DNA of 45,915 nucleotides from Candidatus Stahliibacteriota bacterium. Lineage in GTDB: Bacteria > Hydrothermota > Tepidihabitantia > SM23-42. Within the stretch, counting starts at the first letter, position 1. Each line of letters begins with the position of its first letter. Positions 16,903-23,737 of this stretch are shown here, piece after piece. The notes beneath the pieces are model-generated. The model was not told the origin of the DNA and made no database searches. It saw nothing but the letters and a program-made list of their open reading frames with translations. The translations under genes were made by a program, and so were the position numbers. The stretch is from NCBI GenBank assembly GCA_030606265.1, contig JAUWGT010000002.1, forward strand, positions 1 through 45,915. The letters are read 5' to 3'.

Positions 16903-17629
16903 CGATCATTCGGTAAAAATGAAATCGTGGTGTGGCAAGTATTTAGCAGTCAATATTCTGTATTCGAAAGCAGGTGTGGCTCAGCAAATAATGGTGAGTC
17001 ATGATAGGGATGCAATTCTGGTTGATGCCGGCGATGGCGTACTGCGTGACTTGCAGTCTTGCGATTTTAAATGGGATCAATTAAAAGGTCTGGTCTTCAC
17101 CCACGGTCATTTTGACCATATCGGCGGTCTCTACTCATTGCTTGGCTTTTTGCGCATGATCGGTCGTGAACAAATGCTTAAGATATTCGTGCCAAAAGGT
17201 TGTGATGAAGTGAAATGTATGGTCAACTGTTTCCTTCAGAAATACTCGACAACTTTACCGTTTCACATCAAGGTGACGGATCTGGAGCCGGGACAAAGCG
17301 CGGACCTTGCGGCGATGAATATTGAAGCCTATGCTGCGGTTCATTTTGGCAGTATCAAGGGGGCAGGTATAACAAATCACCTGCCTGCTTTGTGTTATAG
17401 AATTACCTTTAAGGGAGAAATCATTGCGATAAGCGGTGATACCGGATCCAGTGCGCCGTTATATGATCTGGTCAAAGAGGCAGACCTTGCTATTATTGAG
17501 GCGACTTTTAGGAACAGCAATGATGCAAATGAAGAATATCTGAAAAAGGTTCACCTCTCAGAAGATATTGCCAAGGACATTGGTAAACTGGCAAAGGAAT
17601 ATATTCTCGTACATAAAGGTAGGAGATAA
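16886..17629 (+). CDS. MBL-fold metallo-hydrolase (RNase Z / beta-lactamase superfamily)
   Basis: HxHxDH motif in FTHGHFDHIGG, plus downstream SGDTG and H residues. Alternative start ATG 16919. Confidence 0.75.
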   Translation: MTRKNSDHSVKMKSWCGKYLAVNILYSKAGVAQQIMVSHDRDAILVDAGDGVLRDLQSCDFKWDQLKGLVFTHGHFDHIGGLYSLLGFLRMIGREQMLKIFVPKGCDEVKCMVNCFLQKYSTTLPFHIKVTDLEPGQSADLAAMNIEAYAAVHFGSIKGAGITNHLPALCYRITFKGEIIAISGDTGSSAPLYDLVKEADLAIIEATFRNSNDANEEYLKKVHLSEDIAKDIGKLAKEYILVHKGRR

Positions 17630-17662
17630 TTTCTGTGAGCATCAAACAGGAAACTTCCCCTC

Positions 17663-17690
17663 TTGACTTGACTCCTGGTGTAGTTAAAAT
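17663..17690 (+). promoter_or_regulatory. sigma70-type promoter, TTGACT (tandem TTGACTTGACT) / 16 nt / TAAAAT
   Basis: -35 at 17663-17668 and -10 at 17685-17690. A GAGGA SD precedes ATG 17710. Confidence 0.4.
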
Positions 17691-17709
17691 TTAGTGAACC
17701 GAGGATAGT

Positions 17710-17994
17710 ATGTTTCTACTTAGCTTATGTTTAGTTCTTATAAATGCCGATTTCACTATATGTGGACATTCGGAATCTCAATTTCAGCCAAGTGTTATCT
17801 TTGTTGACAGTTTATATTATGTATTCTGGTCAGATTTCCGGCAGTCAATGTCAATTTATGGCGCACGTGTGAAACCAGACGGCACGGTGATTGATTCGAC
17901 CGGTGTGTTTTTTTATCAAGGGTATTCAACATACGGTATCCGTACTGCCTATGATGGACAGAACCTTCTATTTGTCTTCCGCTACGGTTGTTGA
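17710..17994 (+). CDS. T9SS cargo repeat protein, N-terminal segment (ends at in-frame TGA 17992-17994)
   Basis: Signal peptide MFLLSLCLVLINA. First copies of the YxVxW...IYGxRVxPDG repeat, which continues in the next ORF in the same frame. Confidence 0.55.
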   Translation: MFLLSLCLVLINADFTICGHSESQFQPSVIFVDSLYYVFWSDFRQSMSIYGARVKPDGTVIDSTGVFFYQGYSTYGIRTAYDGQNLLFVFRYGC

Positions 17995-18015
17995 AATATC
18001 GGAAATATAATTGGG

Positions 18016-19002
18016 GTGCGGGTCACTCCAGAGCTTCAGATGCTAAACACGATACTTGTGAAAGCTGATAGCGAAGTCTCGCGCGAACCAGATATCGTTT
18101 TTGGTGGCGATAATTACCTGGTAGTCTGGTCAGATGGTACTTTTGGCGGTGAATACAAGGTTCAGGCAGCGCGTGTGAACCCTGACGGCGCAGTTCTTGA
18201 TTCTGGTGTGGTTTTTGGCATGGGGGCTTATTGTGAATACCGACCAGCCGTAGCTTTTGATGGTCAGCGGTATTTTGCGGTTTGGTATAACTATAACCAT
18301 AACCCAGCTGGTCTTTTTGGTCGATTCATAAACTCTGAATGTCAGCCTGAAGATCATGAGTTTGTCATCAGAGTATTGTCAGAGGATGCCCTATTAGACC
18401 CGGATATTGCTTTTGGTGACAGTAGTTATCTGGTTGTTTGGAACGAGCCGTCACCATACTATGATGATGATGTGTATGGACAGCTCGTTTCAGTAGATGG
18501 CGATCTGATCGGCGGTGCTATCGCCATTGCAAATGATTCTTCCTACCAATACGGAGCACGCGTCTGCGCTGGTGATACTCTTTATCTTGTGGTGTGGAAC
18601 CAGGACTGCGCCATTTTTGGCCAGTGGGTATCAATGTTAGGGGAGCTCGTTGGCAGCAACTTCCGGATCTCAGATACAGTGAGTTGCACCCGCGATTTTC
18701 CGTCTCTGGCGATCGGTAACGATGAGTCTTTGGTGGCCTGGCACCAATTCTGTGGGGGTAACTATGATATATTTGGTAATTTGGATATTCAACTCGGCGT
18801 AGAACAGACACCAGGTTTTTGGCAAGATAACGAATTCTTCAGTGCCACAATAATCAGCGGACCGCTGCATTTACCTGCCGGTAAGAAGTGTGACGTCTAC
18901 GATATTACCGGGCGACAGATCGATGTTTTGCACATACAGCCCGGCATTTATTTCATCGAACTTGACGGCAAGATAGTACATAAGGTAGTCAAAGTCCGGT
19001 AA
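18016..19002 (+). CDS. T9SS cargo repeat protein, C-terminal segment with sorting domain
   Basis: Same frame as 17710..17994; codons 17995-18015 (NIGNIIG) are open. Repeats GDNYLVVW, QRYFAVW, SSYLVVW, TLYLVVW, ESLVAW. C-terminus YDITGRQI...GIYFIELDGKIVHKVVKVR. Confidence 0.6.
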   Translation: MRVTPELQMLNTILVKADSEVSREPDIVFGGDNYLVVWSDGTFGGEYKVQAARVNPDGAVLDSGVVFGMGAYCEYRPAVAFDGQRYFAVWYNYNHNPAGLFGRFINSECQPEDHEFVIRVLSEDALLDPDIAFGDSSYLVVWNEPSPYYDDDVYGQLVSVDGDLIGGAIAIANDSSYQYGARVCAGDTLYLVVWNQDCAIFGQWVSMLGELVGSNFRISDTVSCTRDFPSLAIGNDESLVAWHQFCGGNYDIFGNLDIQLGVEQTPGFWQDNEFFSATIISGPLHLPAGKKCDVYDITGRQIDVLHIQPGIYFIELDGKIVHKVVKVR

Positions 19003-19084
19003 GCTCAAGGACGTTACTAGTAGTGTGTAGTTGCGGGTTCAACGGTGAATTTGTTTTCTGTTAGTAGCGCAGGTTATTTTACTC

Positions 19085-19112
19085 TTGACAAATCATCAAT
19101 CACAATTATACT
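19085..19112 (+). promoter_or_regulatory. sigma70-type promoter, TTGACA / 16 nt / TATACT
   Basis: -35 at 19085-19090 and -10 at 19107-19112, leaving an ~155-nt leader before ATG 19274. Confidence 0.45.
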
Positions 19113-19273
19113 TAAGTATCGAGAAGGTATTTTACAAGAATGGTAAGGCGTCTGTTATCAGATCGGTCTGATTGCCAGATCTGATAACTTGGAATAAAAA
19201 AACGATAGTACAGTGCACAAGGGGCGCCGTGAGAAGTAATGTATATTCTAATGCCATGATAGGAGAGACAAAT

Positions 19274-20512
19274 ATGCGTAAATATCTAATAATAATCTTG
19301 ATAGCAGGAATCTGTTCTTTAGCAGACGCCGCCTGGGAATCAATTGGACCAGAGGGAGGATATATACGATCTATCGTCGTATCCGCAACTGATGGTGACC
19401 TCGTATACGGCGCGACGTATTATTCACCGAGCAAGATCGTCAAGTCAACTGATGCAGGTGATTCCTGGACTCAGGTCGGTTCATACAGTAGTACTAATTA
19501 CTGCATGGCGATCGACCCTACAAATGATAATAAGCTTTATGCTGGAACATATTACCGTGTTTATAGATCAACAAATGGCGGGATTACCTGGATCGCCAGC
19601 AGTAGTATTACTTATGTTTATATATACGGTCTTACTGTCCATCCAACCAACCCGACCACGATATATGGTGCGGGCAGAAAATATGTGAGCAGCGGTAATT
19701 ATGATATGGTTTTTCTGAAGAGCACGGACAGCGGTCTTAACTGGATAAGCACGAGCCTTGAGATCGGTGGTTATAGTTATGGTTGGAGCGTGGCGGTCGA
19801 CCCTTCTAACCCGAGCAATATCTACGTTGGTGGATGTGGTTACACGACCACTTATAACCCTAAGGTTTACAAATCAACTGACGGCGGCTCGACCTGGAAC
19901 GAGGTCTATACAGCGACAACCGGCTATTATGTGTATTCAGTTGCAGTACATCCGACTAATTCTAATATTGTCTATGCCGGTACTTACACGGACGGCATTT
20001 ATCGTACAATAAATGGCGGTACGTCATGGACCAAGGTCCATACTGGTAATTACAGTTACCGGATGGCAACGACACCAGATGACCCTGATGTGGTTTTTGC
20101 CAGTGGCTACAACTATGTGTATCGAAGTGCCAATGCTGGTGCCAACTGGTCGACCGTGATAACTGGTTTGCCCACTGGCGGTTACTACTACGGTTTGGCG
20201 ATAAACCCGGGTGATGCTAATGATGCGTATCTTGGCGACAGATCAGGATTCTACAAGACGACAAATATGGGCACAAACTGGTATGCATCGAATAATAGTT
20301 TGCTTCTGGCTGATATAATAGGTATCGGTGTTGCACCGTCCTTACCATCGACCATATATGCAACATTTGAGGATGTCGCTGTTTACAAAACAACTAACAA
20401 TGGCGATGATTGGACCAAATTACCGTCTTTTTCAAGTTGCGGTGATATGTGCGCTTTTGCAATCCATAATACTGACCCAAACACGGTATTTACTCTTGAG
20501 GGGTATGGCTGA
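19274..20512 (+). CDS. BNR/Asp-box (sortilin/Ycf48-like) repeat T9SS cargo protein, N-terminal segment (ends at in-frame TGA 20510-20512)
   Basis: Signal peptide MRKYLIIILIAGICSLADA after an AGGAGAG SD (the track start at 19172 is an upstream extension). Eight S/TxDxGxxW repeats such as KSTDAGDSWT, RSTNGGITW, KSTDGGSTW. Confidence 0.6.
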   Translation: MRKYLIIILIAGICSLADAAWESIGPEGGYIRSIVVSATDGDLVYGATYYSPSKIVKSTDAGDSWTQVGSYSSTNYCMAIDPTNDNKLYAGTYYRVYRSTNGGITWIASSSITYVYIYGLTVHPTNPTTIYGAGRKYVSSGNYDMVFLKSTDSGLNWISTSLEIGGYSYGWSVAVDPSNPSNIYVGGCGYTTTYNPKVYKSTDGGSTWNEVYTATTGYYVYSVAVHPTNSNIVYAGTYTDGIYRTINGGTSWTKVHTGNYSYRMATTPDDPDVVFASGYNYVYRSANAGANWSTVITGLPTGGYYYGLAINPGDANDAYLGDRSGFYKTTNMGTNWYASNNSLLLADIIGIGVAPSLPSTIYATFEDVAVYKTTNNGDDWTKLPSFSSCGDMCAFAIHNTDPNTVFTLEGYG

Positions 20513-20596
20513 GGAACCGCCCAGGGCTATAAGTCCACCAACGGCGGGTCCAGTTGGAGTCTATCAGATCCTGGTTATTTTAGTTCAGGTTTTAAC

Positions 20597-21526
20597 ATGA
20601 CCAGGGATCCTAATAACAATTCAGTTTATTGGAGTTGTGGCGATTACTACACAGGCAGTATCTATGCAATGGCTGCGTCCAAAACAACTGATGCGGGCGT
20701 GACCTGGGTAAGGTATAGCCTGAGTCCAGGAACAGGTGATGCTTATTGCGTAGCAGTAGATCCTTCAAGCTCAAATATTGTATATGCAGGTGGTTCTGAG
20801 AGCAGTGCTGGTGCGATTTACAAGACGACAAACACAGGGTCAAGCTGGTCAAAGCTCACGGCAACCGGTCTGTCAGGGTATGTCTATGATCTGGCGATCG
20901 ATCCACTGAGCACGAGTACACTCTATGCAGGAACAGCAAACAGCGTCTACAAATCTTCTAATGCCGGTATGAACTGGTCGAGTACCGGTTTTAGCGGAGG
21001 TCGTACTAATGCCTTAATAATTGATCCTATAGATAATAATATCGTCTATGCTGGGACTTATAATAATGGTGTATACCGTAGTACAAATGCTGGTGGTAGT
21101 TGGACACAGATGAATGATGGTCTTGATGAGCTCACGATAAATCGTATGGGTATTGATCCCGGTGTGTACCTCTATGCCGGAACCGACGGTGCTTCAATGT
21201 TCCGTTGGTCTCTACAAGTAGGTGTTGAGGAATCCCAGGAGAATCCAGCAACGTGGCTTGTTTTATTTGCTTATCCGAATCCAGCAAAAACAAATACCAC
21301 GATCCAATATGTTTTGCCCAGAGAGACTGCCGTGGATATTGCGATCTTCGATGTTCAAGGAAGACTTGTAAGAGAACTTATCCAAGGCGAGCAGAGTACT
21401 GGTATGCATTCAGTATTTTGGGATGGATATGATGAACAGAATAATCTTACCGCAGCTGGCGTTTACTTTTACAAACTGACAACCGGATATGAAAGCGTGA
21501 TCAATAAATTGATATTAGTGAAATAA
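20597..21526 (+). CDS. BNR/Asp-box repeat T9SS cargo protein, C-terminal segment with sorting domain
   Basis: Same frame as 19274..20512. The open codons 20513-20596 encode GTAQGYKSTNGGSSWSLSD, a further BNR repeat. C-terminus YPNPAKTNTTIQY...IFDVQGRLV...WDGYDEQNN...GVYFYKL...LILVK. Confidence 0.65.
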   Translation: MTRDPNNNSVYWSCGDYYTGSIYAMAASKTTDAGVTWVRYSLSPGTGDAYCVAVDPSSSNIVYAGGSESSAGAIYKTTNTGSSWSKLTATGLSGYVYDLAIDPLSTSTLYAGTANSVYKSSNAGMNWSSTGFSGGRTNALIIDPIDNNIVYAGTYNNGVYRSTNAGGSWTQMNDGLDELTINRMGIDPGVYLYAGTDGASMFRWSLQVGVEESQENPATWLVLFAYPNPAKTNTTIQYVLPRETAVDIAIFDVQGRLVRELIQGEQSTGMHSVFWDGYDEQNNLTAAGVYFYKLTTGYESVINKLILVK

Positions 21527-21543
21527 TATTTACGGATGAACTG

Positions 21544-21574
21544 GGGGCTCTGTAAAGAGCCCCTTTTTGTTTTT
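21544..21574 (+). terminator. Rho-independent terminator
   Basis: GGGGCTCT gtaa AGAGCCCC followed by TTTTTGTTTTT. Confidence 0.85.
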
Positions 21575-21610
21575 ATGAGACTTAGCATTCCCGACCAATT
21601 TAATATTATC

Positions 21611-21638
21611 TTTACAAGTTTATTGATTTTGCTATAAT
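21611..21638 (+). promoter_or_regulatory. sigma70-type promoter, TTTACA / 16 nt / TATAAT, abutting the kinase start codon
   Basis: -10 at 21633-21638. The only possible start (ATG 21644) begins 6 nt later, implying a leaderless mRNA. Confidence 0.45.
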
Positions 21639-21643
21639 GGAAG

Positions 21644-23518
21644 ATGTACTATGATGACAGTACCCTGCCATCATTAACGCCTGACCCCGGTGAACGGATC
21701 CGTGAATATGAGATCATTGGCAAGATCGGGAGCGGTGGTATGGCCACCGTTTACAAGGCACGCCACACTTTGATAAATCAGGTTGTTGCCATTAAAATAA
21801 TGAAACCGGCGCTTACTTCTGACCCTCAGTTCTGTGAGCGGTTTCTGCGCGAAGCACAGGCGACCGCGCAACTGACCGGCCATCCAAATATCGTCACCAT
21901 TCACAATTTTTTTGAAGATAATGGTATGTATATTTTTGTCATGGAATATATTGAAGGTATCGGCGTTAATGATGAAAAGATCCGAACGCTTGCCCAGCGC
22001 ATCAAGAAATTCGGCGCTTTTGATATCGATAGTTTTTCACCGGTTCTTGGAGGGCTTTTGTCGGGTCTGGGTTTTGCTCATGACCACTCCATCGTGCACC
22101 GTGATATCAAGCCTTCAAATATTATGTTTTCTAAAAAATCTATTGCTAAACTCGTTGATTTCGGTATTGCCCAGATGGTCGGCGATCAAAAAATTACAAG
22201 GACTGGGACTGCTGTTGGGACGCCAAAATACATGTCACCCGAGCAGGTGAGAGGTAAGGAACTCGATACGCCGAGTGATATCTATTCACTTGGTATAACG
22301 ATCTATGAAGCTTTGACTGGACAAGTACCTTTTCGAGGTGACACTGATTATGAAATAATGCGCAAGCAAGAGGAGGAAATACCTTCATCGCCCGGGGATA
22401 TAAACCCGCACATTACGGAAGTCTGGGATCATCTTATTCTAAGGTGCTTATCTAAAGATCCTCAGCAGCGACCACAGAGCTGTCGGGAAATATCGCATAT
22501 CCTGAAGATGAACATCGTCACTGATATACCTGAACCGCCGGTCAGAATTAAAGCGCATCCTGTTCATGATACAAAACAGGCAAAGGTCGGCCAGAAACCA
22601 GAAGGGAAAGCGACTGACAAAAAGAAAACGAAAAAGCTGCACGCTATTTTTTATATCGGTTTGGGTGTATTTATTACCTGTACGATCCTGGCTTTGTTGT
22701 ACTACTTAACCATTCACTATCCGCGCCACAAAGAACTTATTAAACCTCTGCTCCCCGGGGTCAGCACTCCCGCCGATGCTCAAATAACGATTGAATCGCC
22801 GGCCCGTAAGTATTCTATAATCGGCAATCTGATCGTTGGTTCATCGTATGTGAAAAATGCTTTCGTTTTGTGTGACGAGGCAAAATTGAGTGAGATCATC
22901 GACCAACTCAGGCAAGACGAACCAGATATTACGTATGTTCATTTTACTGATGACCAAAATACCGTGATCGCCTCGAGCGATCCAGGGATAATGGGCGCGG
23001 TGTACAATTCAAAAATCCTTGATCCAGATACTTATGCAGTCCGGCAGCGCGACCGGTTCTATGAATGCGGTTTCAGTATCGAACTCGAAGAGAAAAAGTT
23101 CGGTGCGCTGTATTTTGGTGCGCTAACGAGTGAACAAGAACAAACACAACCCCAGAATGAATCACGTGCTGAAAGGTATAAAAGTATCGGTAAGGTCATT
23201 GCTCACTCTTCATATGTTGAAGACGTGCTGGTAATGGATGGGATAGCCACGCTTGATGATATCATTAGCGAATTACGTGCTGCGGTAACTGATATATCAT
23301 TGGTGCACTTTACTGATGGACAGGGTGTCATAGTTGCATCGAGCGATCAAGCGTCTTTAGGTCGTGAATTTTTCAGTGACATCCTTGAAAATGAAGAAAG
23401 CGTAGTTAGGCAGAAAGATGGTTATTATGAGGGTGGATTCAGTATCAGGATAGGGGAGAAAAGAATAGGTACTTTATATTTTGAAGCGGCGCTCACCGTA
23501 GGTGATAACTTTCGGTAA
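21644..23518 (+). CDS. Ser/Thr protein kinase with TM helix and duplicated extracytoplasmic sensor-like domain
   Basis: Hanks kinase motifs GSGGMATVYKA, AIK, HRDIKPSNIMF, DFGIA, GTPKYMSPEQ. TM helix IFYIGLGVFITCTILALLYYL. Two ~120-aa C-terminal repeats. Confidence 0.9.
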   Translation: MYYDDSTLPSLTPDPGERIREYEIIGKIGSGGMATVYKARHTLINQVVAIKIMKPALTSDPQFCERFLREAQATAQLTGHPNIVTIHNFFEDNGMYIFVMEYIEGIGVNDEKIRTLAQRIKKFGAFDIDSFSPVLGGLLSGLGFAHDHSIVHRDIKPSNIMFSKKSIAKLVDFGIAQMVGDQKITRTGTAVGTPKYMSPEQVRGKELDTPSDIYSLGITIYEALTGQVPFRGDTDYEIMRKQEEEIPSSPGDINPHITEVWDHLILRCLSKDPQQRPQSCREISHILKMNIVTDIPEPPVRIKAHPVHDTKQAKVGQKPEGKATDKKKTKKLHAIFYIGLGVFITCTILALLYYLTIHYPRHKELIKPLLPGVSTPADAQITIESPARKYSIIGNLIVGSSYVKNAFVLCDEAKLSEIIDQLRQDEPDITYVHFTDDQNTVIASSDPGIMGAVYNSKILDPDTYAVRQRDRFYECGFSIELEEKKFGALYFGALTSEQEQTQPQNESRAERYKSIGKVIAHSSYVEDVLVMDGIATLDDIISELRAAVTDISLVHFTDGQGVIVASSDQASLGREFFSDILENEESVVRQKDGYYEGGFSIRIGEKRIGTLYFEAALTVGDNFR

Positions 23519-23678
23519 TGAACATCAGCATGCTTTTTTTGGTCATAAATATGTAAAGGGAAGGTAACTATGACGGATAAATTTTTGGGAAAATGGGAGT
23601 CATTTAGAGATATGTTAGATTTAGCTGTACTATCACCTTGCCTTCTGAGGTTGAGATAACATGATCTGTTTTTGAATG

Positions 23679-23708
23679 AAAAGGTCGGGCGGTGCCCGAC
23701 CTTTTTTT
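23679..23708. terminator. Bidirectional Rho-independent terminator
   Basis: AAAAGGTCGGGC ggt GCCCGACCTTTTTTT between the convergent kinase and RND genes. Confidence 0.85.
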
Positions 23709-23737
23709 ATGGACTCTGTCTTTTGGTTTCTGCTCTC

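Noticed and set aside
17992-20512. Selenocysteine at the internal TGAs
   Set aside because: The host proteins are surface repeat or membrane proteins with no redox CxxU/UxxC context. I see no convincing SECIS-like element, only a weak 8/9-bp hairpin after 20512. No sel genes or tRNA-Sec lie in the window. Sec is not excluded without the whole genome, but I judge it unlikely.
14323-21526. Genome-wide reassignment of TGA (genetic code 4 or 25) as the explanation for the in-frame TGAs
   Set aside because: TGA behaves as a true terminator at 11595-11597, 14323-14325, 28990-28992 and 29582-29584, where read-through would run into neighbouring genes or terminators. Trp is encoded by TGG throughout. 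Only three internal TGAs occur in about 40 kb of coding sequence, far fewer than expected for a reassigned codon.
23570-23659. 29-codon ORF (MTDKFLGKWESFRDMLDLAVLSPCLLRLR) after a GGGAAGG-like SD, in the kinase/RND spacer
   Set aside because: It is short and has no conservation evidence. It lies between a weak hairpin and the bidirectional terminator, so support is too thin to list it as a feature.
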